This document shows, piece by piece, positions 1 to 46,000 of a stretch of DNA of 64,000 bases. Within the stretch, counting starts at the first letter, position 1, and each line of letters starts with the position of its first letter. The notes under the pieces were generated by a model. It made no database searches. It was not told where the DNA came from and saw nothing but the letters and a program-made list of their open reading frames with translations. The translations under genes and the position numbers were made by a program. This DNA is from Chrysomallon squamiferum (Eukaryota > Animalia > Mollusca): contig CM022666.1 in assembly GCA_012295275.1 (NCBI GenBank), positions 15,934,001 through 15,998,000 on the forward strand. The letters are read 5' to 3'.

Positions 1-30184
<30,184 letters not shown>

Positions 30185-30339
30185 ATATACTTATCTGTTG
30201 GCTACTTCATTCACAGATCACTGTTTTAACTTATCTCCTACTCCATATTTATTTTATTTTATTTATTTATAACTCCAGAACTTTTTTTTAAATTTATTTC
30301 TTTTACTCCATATACATGTAATCCAGCTTCTTGTGAACA

Positions 30340-31120
30340 CTGAAAAGAAAATTCCTTTAGGAATATTCACACGTCAACAAACTCGAAAAGAATTTTCTCT
30401 CTCTCTTTTTTTTTTTTTTTTCATGCAAGAAAAACACGAACGAATCTCCCCGATTTAGAAGAAAAAAAGAAACTAAAAAAAAAAAAAAAAAAAGAAACAA
30501 AAACACCAAAAATAACAACTACCCCTCACACAACCAGTGGAGAAATATTTCTCGCTAAGTTCTCAAAAACCTCCACCCGTTGGGGGCGTTCAGACTTGGG
30601 CGGTAAATCCCGACCCTCAGATTGAGTTCATGTCTTCCACCCAGGCTCGGAGAGGAGCAGCAAGCGGTGACCTGGATGAGAGGCGACTGGCGGCTGTTTA
30701 AGACAAGATTCGACTGTAAGCTATTTTCCTATTCATGAGCGCCACAAAGAAACGCGCTGAATACACCGACAAAACCGGTTTCTGGACCGCATGAATCGCG
30801 TACTTGGGATACACAACAAGCCGAAAAAAGAAAAAACAACCACAACCCACACAACACTGGCAGAGACAACATTCGGGTAGGTTCGTAGAAGAAACAGGTC
30901 TACGTGTAACACAAGCTGTCTGCTAAGCTAAACAATTACGTGCCATTAATCGCAACGATGCGTAGGAGGAACTGGTAGACAAATTACGACAGACTTGCGA
31001 AAAACAATCACTCTTTTAAACAGAAGTCACTGCATTGTCACGTTGGGCCGTGCATATGCGAGAATAAATAAAATGTTGAAATTTTGGCAGTATCGTCATG
31101 AAGACGCTGCATAGGGGGCG
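30340..31120 (-). promoter_or_regulatory. Putative filamin promoter / 5' UTR region
   Basis: An acceptor-like ttttcttttcag ends at 30340, suggesting an upstream non-coding exon. 30540-31120 is non-repetitive and enriched in GC and CpG. The TSS cannot be located from sequence. Confidence 0.35.
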
Positions 31121-31512
31121 GTCTTTATCCTTAATATCATTCAGTGAAACTGTATCTGTTACAAAATTTATTACTTCGCAAAGCCGAACCCGTTTTCACT
31201 GACTCTGAATTGGCGTGATAAAAATCAGAGTGTATTAGTAGAAATCGTTTGTTGTGTGCTGGCTATATTTAGATGATCTAACAAGTGTCCCTGTTTTGTA
31301 ATAGCTTCTTATACAACATCGTGGGAATATAGTGACTCTGAATAGCTCGATCGTAATAACTGTGTGTGCTAACAGGACTCGTCACCAGTAATAAAACAAG
31401 TTTGATATCTATCAACACTGCTCATTTCTAAAATACGGTACTGGCTATAATATCTGTACTTCTCTGCAATACACATGTATGTATGCTCACATGAATACTT
31501 ACTCTCACTCAC

Positions 31513-31611
<99 letters not shown>

Positions 31612-32034
31612 TATCTTTGTCTCTAAAAGAAGAAATAAAAATGCGTTACATAAACTACATTGGCACAGTCAGTCGTGTACTTAGTGCGACTTTTTACTCT
31701 GTTTCCCGTTCCAACTATTACCCAACAAATAGTTTATTAGGGACCGCAGTTTATGTTCTCCTGCCTGTTATACGCTGCATGTAAAACATCTGTAGCTGCT
31801 AACTCATTTGTCTGAACAAGTAAGTGTTAGTACGTTAGAAGGTTAGTTACAAGAAAAACGAAATATCTGCATGGTGATCTGAGCTTGTTCTAACCTGCAG
31901 ATCATAACAAAACGAGACTTTACTTCCCACTGAACAACTAAGTTTGAAACATTTTTTATAAAGTGGCTTTTATTAAATCTTGGAGGCTGAACTATCATAC
32001 TTTTGTAAAATAATGATGATAATGGAGAATGAGT

Positions 32035-32066
<32 letters not shown>

Positions 32067-32710
32067 AATAATAATAATAATAATAAACAATAACACTAAT
32101 AACAAATAGACAAAAAAATGAAAACAAAAACAAAAACAATAGCAATAATAATTGTATCAATAATATGACAAAACAGAGTTAGACTTTAAAAGTTTTAAGA
32201 TTAAACTTAAAAACACTTATTGGAGTAATTATGACGTCATAATAGTTTGACGTAAACAGATTGTGACAGTTTTGTACACAAACAAGGAATGGTAACGAGC
32301 TCGTCAGGTTTGTACATCTTCTTCTGCTTTCATTTATTTATTTATTTATTAAATTTTCTTGATTTTATTATTCTTCGTTTTTTTTTTTTTTTTTTTTTAA
32401 CGAAATGAAAAATTTGAAACCAGTACTTTTTAATTATTGTTATTGTTGTTAAATTTAACATTTTATAGATAAGTACAGTTATCAAAGGTTGATACAAAAT
32501 AACATATCAGAAATTATATGACTGTACATATTTATTTATTTATTTAAAACAATGCAGCGCCAAAATTAATACACAAATTAAAATAACAATTAAAAAAAAA
32601 ATAATAATAATAATAGTAATAATAATAAAAATAATAAAATTAAAAAACAAAATAAAAAAAAAAAAAATTTAAAAATTCTTTTTTTTAAAAATTCTTTGTT
32701 CAAACATTTT

Positions 32711-32782
<72 letters not shown>

Positions 32783-33315
32783 AACAACAGCAAAACAACA
32801 ACAAAACAATAATAGTAATACTAAATAATATCTGAATATTATAATAATAATAATAACAACAAAAACAACAACAGTAACAATAACAACAATAAATACATTT
32901 AAAAAGAAAGAAAGAAAGAAAGAAAGAAATATAGAAATGAATAATTAAACAGACACATTTTGCGTCAGTTTTATGATAAACATATGTAGATTCATGTCTG
33001 ACTTGTTTACAACGCAGGCTACTGCGACACTGATCCATTCCTTTATTTTTAATTTATTTACTTTTCATTTCCTTAATCGTTTTGGTGGATAAAAGCGACG
33101 AGGAAACGCTCATGAAAGGAAATTAAATTTTTATTAGTCAGATTCAGCACAAATAATTGCAAACGTAGTGATCTTAAAATGCTCACTCCCAAAAGTGATG
33201 GTAATAATTAAATGTTGTACTCGAAATCCGAGCTTTTGCTCGTTAGGTAATATTCTGTTAGGAAAAATAAACATAAACGCTCAAAGAAAATCACTATAAA
33301 GCTGTCGTATCATGG

Positions 33316-33374
<59 letters not shown>

Positions 33375-33501
33375 TCGTGTCCGTAACTAGACTCTTTTTG
33401 AAATGTGACAAAAACACTTAATTGCAGAGAGAAGCGGGGCAAACAATCCTCGATTCTAGACATTTATATTTTATATATTTAAAAAAAAATCTTTTATAAT
33501 A

Positions 33502-33537
<36 letters not shown>

Positions 33538-34877
33538 GCGTCAAATTCGGTATACGGCATTTGCCTATTTTGCCTCAATGTAGTTAGGACACGAATAATA
33601 ACAATGTTTTATCTTTCTCTGTACTTTATTTTGAATCGATAGTCTGTCGTCTGTCAGATCTCCCCAGACTCATTCCGTGCATCAGCACGTGCAAACATTT
33701 TATTCGTCACTAAAACACTCGTATTACTTGAGATCAGAACCTCCATGTAAAACGTCTGCACACAATAAACGTGTCGAAATAAACGACACTTCAAAATGTC
33801 TTTTTAAAACTTGCAACTTGTTCACTAGAGCGAGCAACACTCTACTTTGTTCGACTGGCGATTAACGCATCTCCTTTTATTATTCGTAACAAAACAACAT
33901 GATCAGTCTCCTCACTGACGTTGCAATTTAAAGACGTAAAAAAAAAAAAAAAAAAAAAATAAAAAAAAAATGTCTGCCTTGTAAAACCAGATGCAGACGA
34001 GTTTTAACACGTGATATAATTTTATGATAGGGAGCGTATTGTATAAATCGATAAGCGTTAATTCTGGTAAGAGTATGAAATAATATATAAATAAATAAAT
34101 AAATAAAGGCCCTGCAGAAACATCAATAAAACTAACGAAGATAACTCTGCTAGGAACTGCACATACATTAAGGAATGTTCTCTATCCAATAATGACTGTT
34201 TCTGCCCGAATATCAAGGACTGTGTAGCTTCGGCAACAAGTATGTGATGGTAGTGGCAGTAATATTAGTAGCAGAAATAGTAATCTTAATGTAGTAATAG
34301 TAGTAGCAAATAAAACAAAATAAAAAAATCCTTTTCAAACATTTTTATTTGCATATTGTCAACAACATGCTACATTATACAACAGAAGACAAAAATATTT
34401 TCTTTAAAAATTACATTTTTCTAATTAACAAATTTTTGTTTTTTTTTTTTCCCCACTTTTTCCTTTTCCCGGTCGTTAAAACAATGCATTAACACAATTT
34501 AAAAAAAAAAAAAATAATAATAATAATAATAATAACAGTAATAATAATAATAATAGGAAAAAACATTTTTTGCAAATTAACAAAACCAAACCAGTGATAA
34601 AATTAATCAAATAAGATGAAGATGTTTACTTTAGAAAGGCAAAAATATCTTAATATTTACTTGTTTTGTGTTTGTTGTAAGAGTATATTATGTAATTATA
34701 CCAAAAACATTTTGTTTCTGATTATTTGAATTTGAGTTTGTTTGCTTTTCTTTCATTGGACAAAAAACTAGACCATGCATCCAAGAGCCCATGATTTATA
34801 TTCAGGTATGTACGTACACACATATACACTTAAAAACATACACACATGTATGTATGCTCACATGAATACTCACTCAC

Positions 34878-34972
<95 letters not shown>

Positions 34973-35154
34973 CAGACATAAATATGCATATACAACATAC
35001 ATATACCCATATGAACTAATAAATGTCCACACAGATAATTTTTCAGAAATATACAAATGTAAATGTGGCAGTAGCTGATAATACAAGGTGAAACTAACTA
35101 TGATAGAAATATAAAACATCACCAGTTCTTTGTTAACAAAAAATACTTCACAAA

Positions 35155-35183
35155 ACTCAAACCACACACATATTACATTTTAT
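35155..35183 (-). terminator. Candidate UGGT polyadenylation signal
   Basis: AATAAA on the minus strand (35178-35183), followed by GT-rich tgtgtgtggtttgagttttgtg. Other AATAAA hexamers exist in this AT-rich UTR. Confidence 0.4.
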
Positions 35184-36391
35184 TTCTCACCACTTGGAAC
35201 ATATTTACCAGTCTTGTCATAATCAAAAACAAAAACAAAAAAATACACCTGCATTAATTTCCTAGCTAAATAAATGTTTTTAGGATTTCTAAGCAATTAA
35301 ATTCATTGTATATATTTTTAAAAATAATCTTTGATTAAAGAAATAACTTTGGAAGCTGTTAATTGCTGTTGTGCGACCCATCAGAAATTATTTGTTAATG
35401 TTAAATAAAAATAAAATAAAATCACCACAACCATCTGTCAACAGAGGAGTACACTGGACTTGTTTGCAATATGATTCTAGTAATGCTAAGCCATTATTTA
35501 TTACAGAAATACAATAAACATTTGTTTAGTGGACTTCATTTATATGACTTCATTTAGGCAACTGATTAAATTAGCTTTGCTGCCTCATGTGACAGAAATA
35601 ACAAATGATATATACACTTTTAATATTTTATTATTATTATTATTATTTTTATTTTATAAGGACATTAAGATTTAGTATATTATCAGTGTTTGTTACTCAT
35701 TTTAAATGGTTGGAAATGGTTAAAAGTGTTATAAAAATAACAATAAAAGTTGGTCTAATTAAATAATTTTGAAAATACTGCTGCCAATGATGTACTGGTA
35801 TTTTAATAATTGTGTCCAAACTAAAAATGGAAATGAAAAAAAAATTAATATTTGTTCTTCATCAGCAAGTGAAGATATCCATCAATATTTTTCAAAATGA
35901 AAAGTTATCTCTCTCTAAGTTATCTCTTGTCTAAAAATAATAATAATAATAATAATAATAATAATTAAACATTTCTATTTACTAGTAATCTGAATAATAT
36001 GTACACATATCACCAAAGATTATTTGAGTCATGGAATAAACAAATACTGTGCTATAACATTTATTTATTTATTTATTTACTTCCTTACTTATTTAGTTAT
36101 TTAATTATTCATTTATTTACTAACTAAATATAGAACATTTCTAAACTAAATATAGCTTTATTTACTTTCTATTTCATCTTCTTCATTTTTACTCTGTTAC
36201 TATTTTAATACATATTTTTACTTACTTGAAAAAATATATTTTGTTCCCTTTTTTTTGTCAGTACTTTTTAATGACACAATAATATATACAGAGTATGTTT
36301 ACACAGATGAAAAACAACATGTAACAGAAAAATGAAACAAGTCAGATGATGGTGGAATGATAAATATCAACAAACTAAACATGGCGTGCTG

Positions 36392-36417
36392 TTATAACTC
36401 TTCTTTTTCCAATTTAT
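36392..36417 (-). CDS. UGGT: UGGT last coding exon with ER-retrieval signal
   Basis: ttttcag| [11 protein letters not shown]; KDEL-like KEEL. Confidence 0.9.
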
Positions 36418-37346
36418 CTGAAAAAAAAAAAAATAATATATATAAAAAATTAAATAATAATAATAATAATAATAATAAAGTAATAAAATAAATTAATAAA
36501 TAATTTTGTTTTCTTTAAATAATATTATAATATTAAATATATTAAAACTCCAGCACAGAAATTTATTAATGTATCTTTGTTTATCTAATGTGCAAGAATT
36601 TGAACGTTTTTGTAAAATTATATATCAGAAATAACAGACTCAGTGAATCAACACCAGTGTATAGATCAAACAGAAGGTGAAATTTCAGACTGAACATTTG
36701 TTACAAGATTAATCTTACTGTCACACTCTCCTCTTTTACTGTCACTCTCTTGTTTTATTGTCACAACAATCGCCTGTTTTGCTCACCTGTTTTACTGTCG
36801 CTGTGTTCAAACATGGAAGGATCATACTCTGTCTGTGATCGGGTGTTTGTGCCGTAGATTTTATCCCAGAGGACTTTTATTTTGTAGTCGTACTCCTTCC
36901 ACTCCGGAACGATTCTCATCGCTGCCTGCAGCTTCGGCTCCTTTGTCAGCGGGTTGTTACACTGTGACAAACAGAAAATATGTTATAACAATAGGTTATT
37001 AAACACAGAGTGAGAGACAAAAGATGAGAGAGAAAAAAAATAGTGAGAAGGAGACAAAGACACAGAGAAAGAGTTTAATTCAATTAATTACAAACTAACA
37101 TACTGCTTTAATTTTAACATCATATATAATACTATAAATATTAATGGAATTTCAGCACACACACACACACACAACAAAGAAAAATGTAAAAACTGAATTA
37201 CAATAAACAGATAGTCACACTCACAATATAAACAAAAAAACAAAAATTACCACACACACACAAAAACTAAATTACAATAAACACAGTCATACACACAGTA
37301 TAAAGAAAAGAAGTAAAAAGTTACCACACACACACACACACACACA

Positions 37347-37384
<38 letters not shown>

Positions 37385-37392
37385 AACACAGA

Positions 37393-37431
<39 letters not shown>

Positions 37432-40400
37432 AAACACAAACACAGAGACACACACACACAGACACACACACACACACACAGACACACTACAAGTATAAAT
37501 TACCAGGTCTATGGTTTTGGCGACAGTTTTCTCCTCGTCGCTGCACCACGTCTCACACCACAGCCACTCCTGTGGCAGCGACTTGATGGCGACCTGGTGG
37601 ATCATGTTGTTTGGCAGATCCTGGTCCAGGTTCGACAAACTGTTAGGATCCTGGCTCAAACCCTGATACTGGCCCCGGAGCCGGTCGCCCGCGGCAACAC
37701 GTCTGAATCGTTTTAAATCTACTACATACAAGGCACTGCAATTTAAAAACAAATAAAATAAATATAAATATAAATATATATAAAAATAAACAAATATGTA
37801 AAAATACAAATAAACAAACATAGAAAACAAAAATAAATAAATAAATAAACAAAAATAAATATAATAGATATCAAAAAATATAATAATAAAAAGAAATAAA
37901 TTTAGTATAAATAAATTTAATAATAATAATTGGAAATAAATTTTATTTTTTTTTTAAACTACTTGTCTGTCTGTCTGTTTAACTCTCTCTTTCTCTCTTT
38001 CTATCTATATAAACATACACAGAGGTTCATATACTGAAAAAGTTTAGAAAAAGTCACAAACACATTTTATTTTTAACTCTGATAAAGAAATATATAAATA
38101 AAATTGTTTAATAGAACATTTATAAATATTAACATCACCTGACAACCATTTATTTATTCTGTGATCATGTTATAAATTCAGTGGTAATTCTGTGTACGAA
38201 CATAACATTTATAATGTGCTACACATTAAATTACATAATTTAAAACAAAACACACCTGATGTGGTACTTTCTGCCTGCTAAATGACTTGCCCAGTAACCT
38301 GACTTCCAAAACCTGAAATAAAAACAAAACTGCAAAAATCTTCAACATATTTTAAACACAGTTCAAATTCTGATAATTTACATATCAGAACATTTTAACA
38401 GTGAAAGTCTTTTAGATTTGAATCCATTGGTTTTTGGGGTTGTTTTTTTTGTATATTAATAACACAAAACAGGAAAACAGTTATTAACAACTCTTACTAA
38501 GACATGTTTATTTTCTCTGATAAAATTGGAACAGGAAAATGGCAGACAGACTAAAACGTGTTAGGTGAGTGTTCTAACCATTGGGCTGCTAGGTTTTATA
38601 AATACAATATTCACACTGATACAAACAATTCATTTTAACTGTTTATATCACAAATTTCTTCAAGGAGTGTTTAGAATCAAACTTATGATTTACAGAAACA
38701 CACACAGACACAAACAAACACACACACTCATTCACACTCAAACATCTACAAAAACAAACACATACACATACTGTCACAAAGACACACAGAGACACACATA
38801 CAAAAACACACACAGAGACATACATACAAAAACACACACACAGACACACATACAAACAACATACAAACAACTGGAAAACACCCCGACAAAACCAGCTTAT
38901 GATAAAATACAATATAAATGGTAATTAAACACTTTTTGTCTCCTTTGACAGTTTTCTATAGCAATCTGTTCATACCTAAAACCATCCATTTCTTTTCTAC
39001 TGCTGCAGAATGGGGTGTACCCGTATGGAGCCCCTCCAAGGTCAAGGTCATGTAATTCTTGAAGATCAGCTCTAACTATCTGTTATTAAAAATGTAACTA
39101 TTGTGATTTTATATTTACAAATAACATGAAATCATCATGGCGTTTATATTTGGCAAACAACAGAAAATTATAAATATTTAAATAAAATAATAAATTACTA
39201 GATAGGAGATAAAGATGATTTTAAATTGAAAAATCTCAAGTTAAAAAATGCCTTAATTTTTGTGTATGTGTTTGTGTTTGTGTGTGTGTGTGAGTGTATT
39301 TGTGTCTGTGTATTTTGTGTGTGTGTCTTGTCTGTCTGTGTGTATGTGTGTGTGTGTGTGTGTGCATGTAATCTTTCAAAAATAATTTTTAAAGATTCTG
39401 ACAAAATAAAAACATTCATTTTTAGTGATATCATTGATTTAATAAACTGTTACTTACTTGATCAGCATCTACAAAAATAATTTTTTTGACATCGAGAGGA
39501 AAAAGAACATCAAGGAAAAGAATCTTGTAGCTGGAAGAGAGAATTAAAAAAAAAACAGATACAATCAGAGACAAACATCATGTTATAAGACATTTTTCTG
39601 TAAATGTAAATATTAATGTGTGTGTGATAAATAATATATATTTATAAAATGATGTCAGGATAAAATAAAATAAAATAAAATAAAACAAAATAAAATATAG
39701 TAAAATAAAATAACATAAAATAATATAAAATAAAATAAAATAAAAAATTAAAATAAAATAAAATAAAATAAAATAAAATAAAATAAAATAAAATAAAATA
39801 AAATAAAAAATAAAATAAAATAAATTAAAACAAACCAAACCAAGCCAAACTCAAACCAACCAACCCAAACCAACCCAAACCAAAACAAAACAAAATGGAA
39901 ACTGGAAGAACACAGAATTGATTCTCACCCCCAGATGACTCTCTGTTTCTCTTTCTGCTGGTTGAGCCAGCGAGGCCACTTGTACTGAACCAGTTCATAC
40001 TCAAACCCGTGTTCCCTCGCCATGTACGGAATGAAGTCCTGAAACAACACACGTGTTAACACTTTTATTTACTTATCTACCTATTTATTTATTTATTTAC
40101 TTATTTACTTATTTACTTATTTACTTGTTGATTTATTTATTTATTTATTTATTTACTCTTTTTTCTTAGATGTTTTTATTTATTTATTTATTTATTAAAT
40201 ATAGGTCTATTGGCATTATGTAAACAAATTTAATCTCAGACAATCTTAACATCCATCAAATATCTTAAATAATATTTCTTCATTCATTTTTCATTTATTC
40301 ATTCAATCATTCATTCTTTAATCATTCATTCATACATTCATCCATTCATTCATTCTGTCAATCTTCCATTTGTTCATTCCACAACAGGATTATTCAACAC

Positions 40401-40535
40401 AGTATAAAATAATTATCATATAGCTGTTCATCAGAAAATCTTACCTTAAATGTTGGAGATAAGTAATTTTTGAGAAACCAGAATTTTACTTTGGACTTTG
40501 TATGTTTCAAAACACTCAACATCATTATTCTGAAA

Positions 40536-40566
<31 letters not shown>

Positions 40567-42923
40567 AAATACATAAATTAATATATAAATAAATAAATAA
40601 ATAAATCAACAAAGAAACAAATAAATAAACAAATAAATAAGCAAATATACAAATAAATAACTAAAATAAAATAAAATAAAATAAAATAAAATAAAATAAA
40701 TAAATAAATAGATAAATAAAAAAATGTAAAATGTATAAATAATTAGTCACATAGACTGACAAATAAAATAGGTAATTAAATAAGTAAATAAATAAACAAT
40801 TACTGCTATTACATTAACAATAGGTAAAGCTATTTTTAAACAGGAAACCATGTTTAATACAAAATTAATAAAATATTTATTAATAAAATCAGAGACTTTC
40901 TATTCACCCCTCCACACCAAAACCCCCCCAAAAAACCATGATGAATATAAATATATCTGTCTTCCTTCAAAAACACTTTTTGTAAATTTTATAATTAACC
41001 CTTTTGGTAAGTAGACCTAAAAGAAATCTTCCGTATAACTGCATTAACAAAACAAAAATAATTAGAACGTTTACATCAGTGATTTCTACCTGTTTAAGTA
41101 TTAAATGAACATTAAATGTGACTGGAAGTTAAAAGCAGGTTAATGACAGTTTGTTTACAGGTGACAGAAGTTTGCTCACCTAAGTAATCGTTCGTAGAGA
41201 TGTCCGGAAGCGAGAGAGAAAATGTTTAAAGTTTTGTCTTCATCAACCTCAGCAGTCGATCCAGTGATTGAACTGAAAAACAAATTTAGTATTTACATGT
41301 AAATTTGTATTTATATGTAAATTTGTATTTATATGTAAATTTGTATTTATATGTAAATTTGTATTTATATTGATATTTTTTTATATTTATTTCACATTGA
41401 CTGTTTTGTGTTATTTATATACAGTATTTAAGCAGTTTGTGATAACAAGTAGTACAAATTTATAGGAACTATACAAATATTTTGAAATTGTAAGATATTT
41501 TACACAGACACACACACACACACACACACACACAACACACACACACAAACACACAAACACACATACACTTTTTGCTTTTCACCTGTGTGTATCAATGGTT
41601 GGTTTACATAAAGTAAACATATTGCTAACACTCAACAGACTATTATTTTACAGAAAAAAAACAAAAACAACTGTGAAAAATTACATTAAAAAGAGAATCA
41701 CCTACAAACACACACACAAAACAGCATGCAAAGACACAAAATAATCTAATACAAGACACACACACAGAAACACCTCCACAAACAGCTTGTATACAACAAG
41801 ATAAACATGTTAACATAAATATTCAAATCAACATTACAGTCACTTTCAAAACTTTTTTCATTAATTATTTATATTTGTTTTTGTTTTTTTTATTTATTCT
41901 GAATAAGCTTGTAAATGATAGTTATTGTTTATTTATTTATTGTTTTAAATATTTTAACCCATCCAAACAATCAGTTTGCTAATAATAATTAATATGGCTA
42001 GATAAATTACAGTATAGCAAATATATAAAAGCAATACTATATAAATATTATATAAATACAAATTAATACAAATATTACAGTGATGTTAGTGTATATGTTT
42101 TATATCACTACAGTTTAAAAGCAGATAATACAAGATTAATTAATGTAATTAAATCAGAGACAGAAAAAGAATTAAAAAATTTGATTTTGTTAAAAGTTAA
42201 AATCACCAGTATAGCAAGCAAGCACAATAACTGTGTTTATATTATAAATGTTAGTGTCACCAACACAACAGAGGTACACAGCTGTATCTGATGTTATATA
42301 CATGTTTTACCAACAACATCAGTGTAGCCATACAAACACAACAAATGTTTATAAACACAACAAATGTAAACAAACACAACAAATGTATACAAACAGTAAA
42401 AACAGTGCTCAAAATAACAAAACAAATGTACTCAAGACAACAGTGATTTTTACCTACAAAAAGAAAGTATTTAATTTCTGTGTAAACACAACCAATCTCA
42501 ATTTAAACACAACCATCATTTTATATACCAGGCTAGAACAGAAGTACTTTCTTCTTTATTATCATGTACAATTAAAATTTCAAAAGTATTAATGCTCAGA
42601 GATGTTACATTTAATCGTAGACATATCTTCCAGTTTTGTTTATCACATCATACAACAAGTTTACTATTTACAAAATTCCTTTTCTATAGACATCAGTCTT
42701 TGTCCATCTTTTGTAAACTCTTAACACATGACAGTCTGAAGGATCAAGATTGGGAAAATAAAATGGGTACAGCATTTTTTTTTCTAGCTGAATTTGTCAA
42801 GAATGTCCTTGGTAGGTTTTGATGTGTGAAGACTGACATCATTAATGTGTAAGAATAACAAATACATTGAAAGATGGAATGATATTAGAAACAACACTGA
42901 ATGATTATATACATCTACATCTA

Positions 42924-43015
<92 letters not shown>

Positions 43016-46000
43016 ATATATATGTGGCTAAATATGTCTACAAACATTAAATATTTTCAAATTTTCATTATACACAAAAAAAAAACATGGCACACTTCTG
43101 TTCCAAACTGACATAAACACATAAAAAAATATAACAATAAAGACTCACACACATAAAAGACGCAGTGTAACTGTACTCACACAAGCGTGCTGTTAGAGGT
43201 GGAGAGAAGACACACAGAAAGGAACACAGAGCTGTCTACTGGTTTGAGTGACCCATGCAGACAGAATACAGTGAGAGACTTACTGCATCAGATCCCACAC
43301 TGACCTTGAAAGGGAGTTCCACAGACCCACGCTGTCATCTCCATCCTGCAGCAGTTGGTCCATCTGTCTGTCTGGTTTCTTAGCAACCTGAGACAGAAAC
43401 AGACATCCATTTTATGTCTGTTATTGTTAACAGTAGTAATAATAATAATAACAATAATAATAATAATAGTAATAATAATAATAATAGTAAAAATACTAAG
43501 AAAAGTAATGATAAAATTATAATAATAATAAAAAAAAAAAAAGTAATAATAAAAAATAATAATGATAAAATTATAATAATAATAATAACAACAACCAATA
43601 TAATAATTATAATGACAATAGCACTAATAATAATAATGATGATGACACACTAACAAACTCATTGAAAGTGGAATGATGTTAAAAACAACACAGGAAGTTC
43701 TATCTATGATTAAATGTGTCTAAAAGCATTATTTTTATTTTGTGTTTTCATGATAAAAATGGAATAGACTTTTATTCCAACCTGAAGCAAGCACATAAAC
43801 ACATAAGAAACAACCCAGTCAATATAAACACATAAATACATATAAAAGTCACTGAAAAAAAATAATAATAAAAAAATTAATAATAATATAAATAATAACT
43901 GTATAATAATAATGTTGATGATAAACATAATAATACAATAACACTGATGATTAATAATAATAAGAAGAAGAAGAAGAAGAAGAAGAAGTAGTAGTTTACT
44001 CTGTAATTTTGTTTTGTACTTGCTCAGTAATGCAGCTAATAATTATGTTGATAATATATAAACAGTATCGTAACAAACTTATATTAAAATTAACTGTAAA
44101 ATATATTTGGTACTTACTACCTAATAACATAATACTGAGATTTTCTTAGACAAACATTCTTTCTGTTTGAGAAGTATCACTCACCTTGACTCGTATAATT
44201 TTACTTTTAAAACTTCCAATAGCAACTACAACTTCCTTTGAACCTGGTGGTGTGTCCGTGTATTCGTGACTAGAAAAAATATTTAAAACAAAAAAAACCT
44301 CTGATAAATTTCACATGTTATACCAATAAGTATTAAAAAGACAAATATTAGAACAAATTAACATTTAGATAAATTCAGTACATTATACCAGTCACTATTA
44401 AACAGATAAGTGTCGTGAACTAGAAAAATAATATATAAATATTAGATATACTATAATGTTTGTTAAAGAGAGAAAAACAGGATACAAGAAAACTGTCACC
44501 TCTCCAGTTAGCTAAAGACTGTAAACAGAATGGAGATGTGAATCAGTAGAAAACTCAGATTCAGCCATTTTTTAAATAATATAAAACCCAGGAAATCTGA
44601 CACAGGTCAGAACACAACACAGTGACTGATGTACCTGCTCTACCTGCACAATAATCCTATCTCATGATAATACTGACTTTTTTATTTTTTTTATTTTTAA
44701 TATGGTTGAGTATTGTTAAAAATAATAATAATAATAATAATAATATGATGATGATGATGATGATGATATGATGATGATGACATAATAACCAGAACATAAA
44801 AATAATAGCTGCCTAATAAGATAAATCTTGTACTAATACTGATATTTTACATGTTTGTGTATTAAACTGTTCTGATACTGAGTGTATTAAACATGTAAAT
44901 ATAAAACACAGTTTACCTCTATCTCGTACTAATACTGATATTTTACATGTTTGTGTATTAAACATGTAAAATATAAAACACAGTTTACCTCTCTATCTCG
45001 TACTAACACTGATATTTTACATGTTTGTGTATTAAACATGTAAAATATAAAACACAGTTTACCTCATAATACTGATATTTTACATGTTTGTGTATTAAAC
45101 AGATCTATGTCATGAACTAAAACTGAATTTTACATGTTTGTGTATTAAACATAAAAATAAAACACATTAGATCTATCTTGTACTAATACTGACATTTTAC
45201 ATGTTTGTGTATTAAACTGTTCTGATACAGAGAGAAAAACATGGATAAAACAAACCTCTATCTCATTACTAATACTGATATTTTACATGTTTGTGTATTA
45301 AACTGTTCTGATACTGAGTGTATTAAACATGTAAATATAAAACACAGTTTACCTCTATCTCGTACTAATACTGATATTTTACATGTTTGTGTATTAAACT
45401 GTTCTGATACTGAGTGTATTAAACATGTAAAATATAAAACACAGTTTACCTCTATCTTGTACTAATACTGATATTTTACATGTTTGTGTATTAAACATGT
45501 AAAATATAAAACACAGTTTACCTCTCTATCTCGTACTAACACTGATATTTTACATGTTTGTGTATTAAACATGTAAAATATAAAACACAGTTTACCTCTC
45601 TATCTCGTACTAACACTGATATTTTACATGTTTGTGTATTAAACATGTAAAATATAAAACACAGTTTTTATTTTTGATATTTTACATGTTTGTGTATTAA
45701 ACATGTAAAATATAAAACAGTTTCTCTCTATCTCGTACTAATACTGATATTTTACATGTTTGTGTATTAAACATAAAATATAAAACACAGTTTACGTCTA
45801 TCTTGTACTAATACTGACATTTTACATGTTTGTGTATTAAACATAAAATATAAAACACAGTTTACCTCTATCTTGTACTAATACTGACATTTTACATGTT
45901 TGTGTATTAAACATGTAAAATATAAAACACAGTTTACCTCTATCTTGTACTAATACTGATATTTTACATGTCTGTGTATTAAACTGTTCTGATACAGAGT

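Noticed and set aside
42784-42832. Possible alternative terminal UGGT exon ([16 protein letters not shown]) in the correct phase
   Set aside because: Weak pyrimidine tract, no ER-retrieval motif and no independent support.
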